Shown here: one piece after another, positions 33,425-46,425 of the stretch
Numbering within the stretch: position 1 is the first letter of the stretch
Layout: each line of letters opens with the position of its first letter
Assembly (NCBI GenBank): GCA_012295275.1
Contig: CM022668.1
Coordinates: 9,672,001-9,736,000 of the forward strand
DNA: 64,000 nucleotides
From: Chrysomallon squamiferum
Lineage: Eukaryota; Animalia; Mollusca
Direction of reading: 5' to 3'
The notes under the pieces: generated by a model
Database searches by the model: none
What the model saw: the letters and a program-made list of their open reading frames with translations, nothing else
What the model was told of the DNA's origin: nothing
Made by a program: the position numbers and the translations under genes

Positions 33425-33863
33425 TGATAATAATAATAAGAAGAAGAAGAAGAACTGTTATTATTATTGTAGTAGTAAACATATTAAATGTATAATAACA
33501 GAGTGGTAGTAGTAGCAGAAGTATTAGTAAAGGTAGTAGGAGGAGCAATTGTTATAATAATGATCTGTGTTATATGAACTGATACAAAATATCATAAATA
33601 AATCAGATAACAACAGACTCGAATTTATCACAAAAATGTGTCAGATATATTCCGTTTTCCCTCGACACTGGGTTCATTTTTTATTAATTAACGAAAAGAA
33701 GAAAAAAAAAAAAACAACAACAATAAAAAAAAACAGGCCGTGCACTTAATTTAACAAAAAATTAATTTACATTTATCTTTGTTTAATATTTAAAACTTCG
33801 GTTCGTCGGCAGTAGCTCAGTAAATTAAATTGTCATTCTTCCGTTGAGAACATCTCCTCTAAA
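32380..33863 (-). ncRNA. Candidate spliced non-coding (or smORF) transcript
   Basis: Four GC-richer islands, each bounded by minus-strand splice signals: 33863-33771 (ttttcag...gtaaat), 33320-33281 (tttag...gtaagt), 32759-32692 (acag...gtaaac) and 32629-down (ttag). No long ORF. The lower boundary is approximate. Confidence 0.4.
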
Positions 33864-34396
33864 CTGAAAACAAAAAATGACTGTATTAAAAATTGAAGTT
33901 AACGCGAGAAATGTACACACCAGTCAAAGCAGACGAGAATGGCAGACGGTAATGAAAATGATTACAATCTGATTGGTTAATATTGTTGTGTGTTGTTCGC
34001 GCTGTTGTCACAGGTTCAACTTGACACAAGAACTGGATTATTAAAGAAAAAGTCAAGAAAATGTCTTTGGTTTGAATTGTTTATATTTATGTATTTATTT
34101 ATTTATTTTGAAAATCTGATTAAAGCGGATTACAATAAAACTGCTTTTGGAAACTTACTGAAAAAGAAGCTGCTCGAATAATGGAATAAAGGTATGTTTT
34201 GTATTTTACGTGTGACAAATTATTTTATTTACAAATATTCATACATACATACATACATACATATATACATACATATTTAGATTTATATATATATATATAT
34301 ACATAGATACATCATTTTCAGACAAACACACCTATACACATTCACTCTCTCACTCATATACAAACATATTCACACACTCACATAGACATTCATAGA

Positions 34397-34453
<57 letters not shown>

Positions 34454-34748
34454 CACTGAAGAAAAATCGGTAGTACTATATTCTGTTTTTGTATCAAACA
34501 TACTGGCGACATTTTATTGAAGAATATGAAGAAAATAATTTGATATGCATACATTTAGGATATTTCAGATATATTACCTATTTTCTATTGTGAACACATT
34601 TCAAAAAGAGTTAAAAACAAACTACAACGATAATGCTAACGATAATTTACTGTTTATTCTTCTTCTTCTGACTTATATATAATCCAAAGTTTATAAACTG
34701 TCGAAATAATAATAATAGTAGTAGTAATAATAATAATAGTAATACAAA

Positions 34749-34780
<32 letters not shown>

Positions 34781-34781
34781 A

Positions 34782-34822
<41 letters not shown>

Positions 34823-35678
34823 ATAATAATAATAATAATAACGAAAAATAAAATTAAAAATAGTTTTAACAATCGATGTATAACAGACAGACCAACATAC
34901 GCTTCAACTGTTCGTCGGATTAACAGAAAAAACACAAATTGTGAAAGGTGCTTAAAAAGTCACATCCTCGTTTGACGTGTAGAATACACTCAGTACATAA
35001 AAAAAACATTCAGTTATGTTCCGTTCTGTGACTAAAAATCACTCACACAGTATGAACACCGTGTAACCCTATCCTGAATGTTCCGCCAGCAGTGATGTCT
35101 CCCTGGCCAAAGTTAAAACATTTGGTTGTTAGAAGCTGACTGCAGGACGCAAAAAGACATGAAATCTGGAAGGTGATTGTTTGCACAAGACGGACCAGTT
35201 GGTTATTATTGTTATTCCACAAGGTGAACCAATATTTAACGTGAGCTGAATGGATGTTTGTGTATCGATACGCATTTTGATATTGCTGTTGATCCTGCTG
35301 AATCTACTTCTTCCAGATGATGATAGTTAGTATTATGGTAATTAATAATGTAATGAATGTGATAATTCAACATATTGTTAATTTCATGTCTTCTGAGTAC
35401 TTTATTATAAAATCACCATCGTCATCATCGTCACCACCCTCATCAACACCATCATCATTATTAATATTATTATTACAAGGAAAGATGTAAAACCAACACC
35501 AAAAATCATTTTATTTTCTTTAATTAAAATTATATATCCTTTCCTAATGGTTGAAATTATGGATTATTAGATTATCTTCTTTCGTTGCAGACTGCTATGT
35601 ACAAAATGCGGGAAGACCAACTATTTAAGTATAAATTAGGGACGAAGGAATTAATTTAGACGGAGACATTTCGGAAAG

Positions 35679-36221
35679 ATGGAAGACAAATCAGAGCGGA
35701 TAAAACCCGAGTCGCGTCTTAACGTACATCTTGCACCATGTGCCCTAGTTGGAACTGGAAAAGTTGAACCGAGTGCTTATTTTGCACGACGTACAGACTG
35801 TGCCGCAGGGCAAGTGTTCGCACAGAATTATGGGATACGAATAAAATACAGACCAACTTTTTTTGGAAAGTACACTGAATTCGAATTCAAACCGATAAGA
35901 AAACCGATCAGGCAACCGATCAGAAAACCGATCAGACAACCGACAAAGCAGAGGTGTAAAACTCGTGAAGTTTTCTCTGTGAAGAGTTCACCACGACAGG
36001 AAAACGTGAAGTACAGTCAGGTGACAGTCAGCGAGTTGGTACAAGAGAAAGCTGAAAAAGAGAGCAGGATTTTTCAAGCTTCGCTGATTCAAAAAGAGGC
36101 TCGCGACCTTGACATATGTCGCGTGGAGGTGGACGCCGGAAGTGAAAAGAAACAACCGAAACGACGTAAAAACAGTTTCTGCAGACGTCGTCAACCTGGT
36201 CACGGCAGCCTGAAGTTGTAA
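35679..36221 (+). CDS. Orphan basic 180-aa protein with (K/Q)PIR repeats; function unknown
   Basis: Non-repetitive, GC-richer ORF in an AT-rich background, preceded by an acceptor (ttgcag, 35590) and an upstream in-frame stop. Possible 5'UTR exons end at 34191 (AAG|gtatgt) and lie at 35317-35337. No recognisable domain. Confidence 0.5.
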   Translation: MEDKSERIKPESRLNVHLAPCALVGTGKVEPSAYFARRTDCAAGQVFAQNYGIRIKYRPTFFGKYTEFEFKPIRKPIRQPIRKPIRQPTKQRCKTREVFSVKSSPRQENVKYSQVTVSELVQEKAEKESRIFQASLIQKEARDLDICRVEVDAGSEKKQPKRRKNSFCRRRQPGHGSLKL

Positions 36222-37261
36222 GTTTTTTAAATTCTGTTTAAAATAAATATCGTAGTTATCGTTCTAGAAATTTAGACAGTTAATTTTATTTCCTTTATTT
36301 TAAAAAAAACTTTAAATGCATGGAACCTTGCAAAGCAAATAGCACAAACATAAGACAAGTGAAAGGTAAGTTGTTTTTTTTTGTATCTGTGGATTCATTC
36401 AAAGAGCTAGTACATACAGATAAGAGAAGGTGGTGTTTACGAAAAGGGTGCAAGGCGAAAAGACGTTTAATATTATCAGTAGCTGTCTCCGGATGAAAAC
36501 AGTCTTTCAAAACGTTTATGAACGAAGAATCGTATATAATTGTATCTATAATAATAAATGTTTTCGTTTTCTTCCTTTTGCATTTCATTTTTATTTATTT
36601 ATTTATTTATTTATTTATTTTATTTTATTTTATTTTATTTTATTCCTTTGTTGGTTTGTTTCAATTTCTCTTTCTTCTGTTTTTCTTGATGCAGTGATAG
36701 CGTGCTGTTTTACTATTCAGTAAATCCTACATTATTGAGATTGCAGTTCTTGGACTAATACCAATATATTTAATTTCGCATTTTAATTTTTCCTCTTATA
36801 ATTTTAACAAACTAACAGAACCAATAAACTATTAAACAAACAAACAAACAAACAAACAAAAAAAAAAAAAAAAAAATAATTAAATAAAAAAAAAAAAAAA
36901 AAAAAAATGGTAATCGACCGCAAAATATTGATCGATAACAATGTGAAGGACATTAAGAACATTAGAGTATTTTTACAAGTCACCAACAACTGAAAATAAA
37001 TTTTAAATGAATCAGTAGACTTTTGAAGTTAACTACCAAACTATAATCCGCTCTTTGTCCGTCTGACTTCAGCTTATTTTCTTTGTTATATTTCCACTTC
37101 TCAACAAACAGCTATCGTGTATTAAGTACACAAATTATGGTGGGAAGGTTTTTCATCGATCACTGACTGGTGATTCTTTATATTCACTGACGAATCAAGC
37201 ACGTTTGACAAGGACTCACAATCCAGGTGACAATGCCCCCTGCCAAGGACAGCATCAAAAT

Positions 37262-38330
37262 TAGTGTGTTAGAAAGTTAACTGGAGATATCAGGCGGTAA
37301 AATGATCTTACATAACTGTAATTACGTCTGCTTACGACCCGTGAACCGAAAATCGGTCCAGTTAGGAGGAAATTAGAAGGTTTATAGGAGATACGAAAGG
37401 ATCAGTGATCGTACGTATCAATAAGTAGCATAGGCTACAATCCGATTACCCAGATTCGATCCCATTAGGAGCTTGTTAGAAGGTTAACAGGAGATGTGAA
37501 AAAATGCGATGATCTTACATATTCATAAATAGAGTTACCTAGAATCCATCCCTTTAGGAGCTGGTTAGAGGTTTAACATAAGATATGCAGTGGTCTTACA
37601 TATTCTTAAATAGAGTTATCGAGATTCGATCCCATTAGCAGCTGGTTAGAGGTTTAACAGGATATATGAAAGGATGCAGTGATCTTACATATTCTTAAAT
37701 AGCGTTACCTAGACTCCATCCCATTAGCAGCTGGTTAAAGGTTTAATGTAAGATATGAAAGGATGCAGTGGTCTTACATATTGATACCGAGACTCAATCC
37801 TGTTAGGAGCTGTTTAGAAGGTTGACAGGATATATGAAAGGATGCGATGATCTTACATATTCTTAAATAGAGTCAGCGAGATTCGATCCCATTAGCAGCT
37901 GGTTAGAGGTTTAATGTAAGATATGAAAGGATGTAGTGGTCTTACATATTGATACCGAGACTCAATCCTGTTAGGAGCTGTTTAGAAGGTTGACAGGATA
38001 TATGAAAGGATGCGATGATCTTACATATTCTTAAATAGAGTCAGCGAGATTCGATCCCATTAGCAGCTGGTTAGAGGTTTAATGTAAGATATGAGAGGAT
38101 GCAGTGGTCTTACATATTGATAAGTAGAGTTACCGAGACTCGATCTTGTTAGGAGCTGGTTAGAAGGTTGACAGGATATATGAAAGGATGCGATGATCTT
38201 ACATATTCTTAAATAGAGTCAGCAAGATTCGATCCCATTAGCAGCTGGTTAAAGGTTTAATGTAAGATATGAAAGGATGCAGTAATCTTACATATTCATA
38301 AGTAGAGCTATCTATCGAGGTTCCATCCCA
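37262..38330. repeat. Satellite of ~80-90-bp monomers (~12 copies) with alternating A/B dimer structure
   Basis: gattcgatcccattagcagctggttag recurs at ~37623, 37880, 38048 and 38226, alternating with gactcaatcctgttaggagctg. Dimer period is 168-178 bp. Confidence 0.9.
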
Positions 38331-38814
38331 GTAACATCTGATTTTTACGATTTGCGACAGATTTTTAATACAAACACACAAAGTTACCAGTGACTGATCA
38401 GCTTTCTTCGAACCCTCTCAGTCTATTTGAGCCGTCATCGATTTCCTCTCTAAAACAAACTCTACCAACATTACACCTAGTCATTTCATCGATTAATCGA
38501 ACTCGGCTAACAATATGTTGTTGTTATCGATTGCCAGTTTTTAAAAGGGATTCGTGGCTAACTTAGTGGCTTTGTTATAAAACCCAGATCTTAACTACGG
38601 CATGCGTGGGTTTTTTGTGCATTCTTTGTTTATTTATTTATTTATTTATTTGTTCAGTATTACTGTTGTTGTTGTTGTTGTTGTCGTTATTATTTTGTAT
38701 TAATGTTATTATGGTTGTGGTTGTTGTTGTTATGATAGCGAATATTATTATTAATGTTGCTGGTCTTGTTGATGGTTGATGCTGTTGTTATAGTTATTGT
38801 TAATGTTGTTGTTG

Positions 38815-38872
<58 letters not shown>

Positions 38873-39043
38873 TAGACAATGAATTTAATGATTATTTATT
38901 TATTTATCTATTTATTTAGTTAGTTAGTTAGTAAGTTATTTGTTGTTTTTATTATAATTTTTCACTGAACTCTGTCATGGAAGTAATATTTATAAAAATA
39001 AACAGAAATGAAATTATAAAAGAATAAGTATTGGAGACCACTT

Positions 39044-39077
<34 letters not shown>

Positions 39078-39303
39078 GAAAAAACAATTCAAGCATAGTG
39101 GACTACATTTAAGCAAGAAATATTTGATAAACAGCATGCGTGCTCACGTTGAAATGAATATAAGTTAAGGGACACAGAGAGCTGAACTGATCTAGCATCC
39201 ATGTATTCTGTAGTCAGCAAGAGTTGGCCAAATTTTGGTTATATTTTCTAGCAATAAAAAATAAGTATATATATAGATAATAATAAAATAAAATAAAATA
39301 AAA

Positions 39304-39388
<85 letters not shown>

Positions 39389-39509
39389 TAAATAAATAAA
39401 TGAATAAATAAAGGAGAGAAAGAAATGTTTTATTAACAATATTGTTAAAAACAACATTGCATTATAAACAATTGTTGATAAAGATACAGAGAGAGAGGAA
39501 ATGTGAGCC

Positions 39510-39546
<37 letters not shown>

Positions 39547-40245
39547 TTTTGTGATTAGCAACAAGGGATTAGAATATATATATACCATCTCGGGGGCTGA
39601 AAAGCAGCTTTTGATTAACTAGACTTGGGGTGCTAGTTCCAATAGAAAATAAACAAACTGGAACAAGATCGGATTGATCCTACAATCAGCCATCGCTTCT
39701 AAGCTTTCACCAGATTAAAACATTAAAAACATACGTTTAATTAGGAAACGAGAAAGTCGACTTAAAAATGATATACTACTTTCAGTGAACTACTTAAACT
39801 AATGTTAAGTCAAAGCCCATTTCCCGCAAATCACGACCGCGGCGTAACACGCAGCGTGAACTGGTATTGCTAAACGACCACACAGCCAGTGTACGCTTAA
39901 ACGATCTGTTTCCGTGGCTTTCCGTGGCTTTCCGTATTGAATGAACAGCAGGAGCAGACGTGAATACTGCTCTTTGTGCAACGTGAAATAATTACACAGA
40001 TATAATGTGAAATGTGTGTATAAATCATTATCAGGGCGTAATAAAATACAGGCCAGTCAGTAATTCAATGATTATCCTTTGAATTATAAATAGGTTTCTT
40101 TTTTTCTTTCACTCTTTTGTTGTTGTTTTTTCATTTTGTGTATGGGTTTTTTTTCGCAATTCTTTTCTTTTCTTCTTTGTTTCTTTCTTTAAAATTCCTT
40201 TATTTATTTATTTATTTTTATTTATATTTGTTATTATTATTATCA

Positions 40246-40301
<56 letters not shown>

Positions 40302-40480
40302 CTTTTCGTTTCTTCTTTTTTCTTTTAACTTTCATTTGTTTTCTTATAATCATCGTTCCTTCTATTTTCCTTCTTTATTCCTCGTTTTTTCTTTCTTCCT
40401 AAATTTATTTAAAATAAAACAACAACAACAACAACAACAATAACAACAACAACAACAACAATAATAAAAACAACAACAAC

Positions 40481-40538
<58 letters not shown>

Positions 40539-41865
40539 CAATTCCTGTGAGCAAACTATTTAAAAAAAAAAAAGTTAAATTAAACACAAAACGACATTCA
40601 AAAGGTCCATTTAAAACTTGTAATAACAAAATTAATAATATAAAGAACAGTCCCAGATGTGTACGACGTACAAAGAGGAGGGGCAGGCCAAAGTAGTTGG
40701 TTATACAGAGTGGAAACGACAAGATGGCCAACATACAAAGGTGACGGCGAAATCGGGTTTGAGTGCATTATCGCTCGAAACGAAGTTACAGTTATTTAAT
40801 TTAAAAACACTGCAGATAAAGTGATTGCATGCAGATATCATGTTTTTAAAAAGGAATAATTTTTATCAAAATTAAAACGGTAAAAAGATAAATGTTTTCT
40901 TTTTCTTTCCTTTCCTTTTCTTTTATTTTCCATCTTTCTTTATTATTCAGACAGAGCACAATTTGAATTCTGTCAGAGTGCATCATGGTGTAAGAAAAAT
41001 TACCAATTTAATTAGCTGATAATCGGTTATACTTCTTGTATTCGGTTTATAACTAAAAAAGTGAATTTTTATAATCAATATTCGTTCAGAAGACTAACCA
41101 GGTTCTAAATTTTGGAGGAACGAAAATAAAGATATTAAGAAAAAAGAAGATAATAATGATAATATTTAAAAAATAATAATAATAAAATAAATAAAAACCT
41201 GCGCATTTAACGTTCCGAATGTTTTTAAAATTCATTATGCATTCTTATTTTGTATTACAATCCAAAAGCAGTATTAAAAAGAAGCTTTACCATAAATTAT
41301 TAAAACCATCAATGCTGTTTAATTATTTTAATTTTAAACGGAAAATGAAAATGAAATAAATCAATGTGAAAAAATGTTTGAAGCTTCGTTCCAGCGATAT
41401 AGCGATCGTTCTCTTTATTCCCTCTCTAGCAACGCCACTCTATTTATTATGTAAAAAAAAAAAACTTGCATATTCTAAAATAAACTTTTTAGATCCTATA
41501 TTCAAGAGATATAAATACCTTTTGCTATTTACGTCGGCTAGAGATATTGTTTCGTCTGCTTTCAATTAACGCGCCATGTATGTTGTCTGATAAAACTGTA
41601 ATTGATTAATGTTTGTGACTGACTTTACACAAAAGCAGACGAACAGCGATGAGCAGCAGAATGATGACGTCACACACGACTTTGCTATAAACTGAAGGGT
41701 TTTTGTTTTGAGGCGTATTCAGCGCCCTCCAGTTATTTATTTGTTTATTGATTTACTGAAAATTTTTTATTTGGTTAGTTATTATCATTATTTATTATAT
41801 ATTATTATTATTATTATTTTATTTTATTTTATTTTATTTTATTTTTTTTTATTTATTTATTTATT

Positions 41866-41909
<44 letters not shown>

Positions 41910-42227
41910 ACTCATTTCTTTTGTGAAATTCTATATCCGCCCCGGACAGATGTACATTTCATTCATTCATTCATTCATTAAATAGTTCGTTCCTTCTTCC
42001 TTTCATTCATTATATTTCGTTCTTTCTTCTTCAAATCCCATTTCATGTTGTTGCATTAGACAACATTTGCAAACCTGGGTATAAACGTTATAGTTAATCC
42101 TTTTTCGTACACAAAAAAAACAAAAAACAAAAACCGTTCCGCTTCTTGATCTTTTAAAATAGCTGGGGTTAAAAAAAAAAGGTAAAAAATGGTCTTTTAT
42201 GTTAAAACCTCTACGTCAAGAAACGGA

Positions 42228-42260
<33 letters not shown>

Positions 42261-42349
42261 CAGACCTCTGTCATATTTATTACTTTACGGTTTCTCTAGG
42301 AAGAATTGTTTTACTGGAAAGGGTATGGGCGACAAAACGAGAAACATAA

Positions 42350-42610
42350 CGACGAGCCCCGCCCTTGTTTTGTTCTCTGACGTCACAGGTTTCCCCCCAT
42401 TGCCAATCGTTACACGATAATTCCATTAACTATCGATTTCTCGAGATATTTTCTACATGTCACATCAACCAATAAAATTGACCTAATAAAAAAGAACAAA
42501 TATTCAGGGACTCGTGAAAGTTACTATTGGCATAAATCCACTTCCGGTAGGTCCGCATAGCTGAACATTCAGTATAACTACCCCTATTAAATTATCATTG
42601 GCTGCCAGCA
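42350..42610. promoter_or_regulatory. Promoter-like motif cluster (GC box, CRE, CCAAT x3, ETS)
   Basis: CCCCGCCC at 42357-42364; TGACGTCA at 42378-42385; CCAAT at 42403 and 42469; ATTGG at 42597; ACTTCCGG at 42540-42547. Confidence 0.6.
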
Positions 42611-43419
42611 AGCTTTATTCATACGTCGACTTGGTAGTTTTAAAATCTATTGTTATTTGAAAAAGGAATTTCGCTTTCAGAAAGTAACAACTGTGTTTTT
42701 ATTTATTGTCAGCTTTTTCTGCTAACCATAGTTAATTTGTTTACTACGTTCTAGAATCTTGCGAAAGTTTTTGGTGAGGGATTGGCACCTAAAAAATAAC
42801 GATTTACCAACAGTTTTCATGTGTTTTAAAAAAATTTGTTTGAAATATAACGCAGACGAAGTATTGTTCAGTTTTTAGAAAATGACAAACTTTCTCGTGT
42901 TGTGATGGTCAGATGGAATTAGGGATCATTTATAAAAGTTTTGAGACTTGCTGGACTATTTGGGGGAAAATAATAAATAAAATGTGTGATTCAGTAAACC
43001 TGGCAAAATAGAAGAAAAAAAGATTTAAAAAAAAGAAGAAGATGAAATCTAGTCTGTATGTATCTCAAGCCATATTTATATTCTAAAAACTTCGACAATT
43101 TCAGAAATGGTTTTTAAGAATTCGATGCTATGTTGTTTGTTTTTGTTTTCCTTCGTCTGAAGTGTGATTTAATGTAACCTTCATATTATTATACTCAAAA
43201 AGTCTAACATAAACATCTAGACAGGTTGTGTCGTATTTAGCGACAGCCAATGGGGTAACTATTACGTTAATACATGGTAGTAAATATTTCATATTGTCTG
43301 GATACACTCATTTTGTGACGGATAAGGCAGACATTGTTAACACGCAGTTAAATGGATAAGAAAATAAATTGGATACATATCTTGTACCAATGGAGAATGT
43401 TCACTAGAAACATTTAGTG

Positions 43420-43680
43420 TTAATAGGATACATTTTAACTGAATAAAAGTTCATAGGATACATTTTAACTGGATACAAGTTCATAGGATACATTTTAACT
43501 GGATATACGTTTATAGGATACATTTTAACTGGATATAAGTTTTTATATGATACATTTTAACTGGATATAACGCATGCTATTAGGATACAAGTCAATGGGA
43601 TACATTTTAATTGGATACAAGTTAATAAGATACATTCCAACTGAATTCAGTTGGTTTTATCTGGATTCAGTTGGATACAA
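43420..43680. repeat. 30-bp minisatellite (taggatacattttaactggata...)
   Basis: ggatacattttaact recurs at a 30-bp period from ~43426; related degenerate gatacaa...gtgataat units continue to ~44100. Confidence 0.85.
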
Positions 43681-45552
43681 TTCTTCTTAATGATGATTAT
43701 TTCGAATTTATTGAATCGTATCCATGTTTATACGATACATTTATTTTAGTGGGATGCGACTTAAGTGAAAAAATACAACTAACTGTCATATTATACACCT
43801 TATGTTAATACAATATGTCTTATATACTGAAAAAAGAAATTGTATTATGAGTAGAACTCGGTTCATGGATACAACTTTTTTTTAACTCACATTGTTACCA
43901 TACAATTTGTGATATCTTAGATCTTGCATAATGGGATACAGTTTGCGATAATGAGATACAATTTATCATCAAAGGATACAACTTGTGATAATGATCTGTA
44001 ATACGTCCTGACAGAATACAACTTGTGATAATAGGATGCAATTTGTGATAATTATCTACAACAAGATACTACATGATACAACTTGGATACACCTCATGTT
44101 ATAGGATATTATTTGTTTTTGTAGATCCACATATTTGGAGTCTATGTTTCCTTTCCAGTTTTTGATTACATTCTGATTCTCTGTTTTTCCAATTCTGGAC
44201 ACATAAGAATGGATTGTCTATGCAATAATTTTTGTAGATGTGTGATATATTTATTTATTATACCGTCTTTCAAATTCTCAAAAATTAAAAAGTAAAAGCC
44301 AAAACAGTAACGGAAAACAAAACAAGCAAACAAGCAAGAAACAAACATCTTAATTTAGTATATGCTCGCAGTATTTGTTATAAAATATTTATGTCTTTTG
44401 TTCACCAAAAAATCAGTTACTAAATCTGTCAGTTTTGAACCCACCGTTTATATTAATCATTTCAGAAATATACAAGAAATTAAATATATATTTTTGAAGT
44501 ATATTAGTCAAAAACAGTTATATATATATTTTTATAATTTTGTAAACTGAACATTTCAAAGTCAGAGGTATATTATTAATCATGTATATTTGAATAGTTC
44601 TGCTATTTTAAAAACAAAATACAATTTATTCACGTTATTCAGCATATGCCGTTTTTAAAGAAATTTTAATATGTAACTTACATGATCTAGAAAAATCTCT
44701 TTATTCACAAAATTTGTAATATCACATTATACTGAATATATTTTAAAACATTTATTAATATTCGCATCTTCTTCAGTTGTCTTCGTTTTATTCAAATAAT
44801 TCGATATATTTCATTACTTACAATAACTTGAATACTTCACTTAATAAAAACAATAACCTAGAATACAACAATTATATTAAAGTAATGCAGAAAATCTCTT
44901 TATTCACAAAACTTTGAAAATTTCTATTAAAATCATTCAATGCCAAAAAACCTCATAATTCAGATACTTTTGAATCAATCAGTATTATTCACGTTAAATT
45001 GAATACTTAAGAAACATTCGCATGAAACCGAATAACAGATATATTCACGGCTAATTTTAATTACTCAGTTACACCTGCTTATAACTGAATACCTCTTGAC
45101 TTTTGCAGTAACGAGTAAAATACACCTTTATTAATTAAAAAAAAAAAAAGCGTTTCTCGTTTGTATCGCTAGCCTAATGAAAAACACTGCGATGAAATAG
45201 GGCGTGTAAATCGATAGCAAAAAGTTGTTAGATAAATACTGAGTCAGTTTTCTCTGTCGCATACACTTTTATTCGCTTTCCTAACCGCCTGAATGTTTCT
45301 AAATGCCAGATTATTGATAAATTAATACGTGTATTACTACGCTAACAGATTCCAGTCAAGTGCAGTATATAGACGATATTTTAAATTACATTTTTTTTTC
45401 TCAGTATTTCAACAACACAACAAGAATCACTACTGCTGCAACAGTTAAGTATAAGCAACTATAAATATTGCTAATACTAATACAGCAACAGTAAATATAA
45501 GTATTAATACTACTATTACTGTAATTACTACTACTACTATTTTTACTATCAA

Positions 45553-45599
<47 letters not shown>

Positions 45600-45659
45600 G
45601 TACTACTATTACTGCAACTACTACTATCATTACTACTACTATTTGACTACTACAATTTA

Positions 45660-46150
45660 CTGTGGATGTTACATAAATGTGTAATGTTGACGACCTGTTA
45701 ATATACAGTCGACAAACATAAATCTACAGGCCTACAGTTGACTAGCTATAAACATCCACTGTTGACAAGAAATCAGTTAATACTGTTGACAAACAAGAAG
45801 GTATATAATGTTGACAATACTAGGAAATGTCCATAGACAGAAAATAAACGTATACAGTTGAAAACAAATACATGTTCAGTCAATAAAATATGAATGTATA
45901 CTGCTGACAAGACGAATGTGTTTTCTGAAAAAAACAATAAGGTATATACTGTTGACATAATAAGAAGGTATGATGTTGACAACATCAAAAAGTGTCTACT
46001 GATGGAAAGTAGTGCAGCTGACAAGACACAAAAATGCATTTTATAATATATTTGCTGAAAATATGTAAAGATATAACACTGACAGAAAACAAACGTGTAA
46101 AATTGACTTAGCATCAATGCATTTCTTAAGACATACACGTATACAGTTGT
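45660..46150. repeat. Degenerate tandem repeat with tatac(a/t)gttgacaa core
   Basis: Many gttgacaa/ctgacaa-centred units upstream of the TMC start codon. Confidence 0.65.
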
Positions 46151-46425
46151 GAAGAACTATTACAAGTAAATTAAACTTGACAGAAATGCTTTGCGATGCA
46201 AAATTCACAACACAAGAAATTATAAAACATTAAGAACTATAGATTTTTTTTTCTCTCTCTCATAATATTCTGAAAGGAAAACTAAAGAGGATTCTGAAAT
46301 TAATTTCTCAATATCAGATCGTATTTAAATATATGAAACTTCAGTGCCTGCAGTGTCTGCTTTCAATACAAAATATAAAAGAGAATAAATAAACTTAAAC
46401 GTGAAGTTGACGAAAACACGCAAAT

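Noticed and set aside
37185-37215. CTGACGA followed by a small hairpin (hammerhead core-like)
   Set aside because: The required GAAA and stems I/III are absent.
37262-38330. Possible CRISPR-like or tRNA array
   Set aside because: Eukaryotic context, no unique spacers and no cloverleaf; it is a satellite.
39820-40790. GC-richer islands at ~39.9 kb and ~40.7 kb as exons or RNA genes
   Set aside because: No consistent splice signals, ORF or recognisable RNA fold; possibly regulatory but unsupported.
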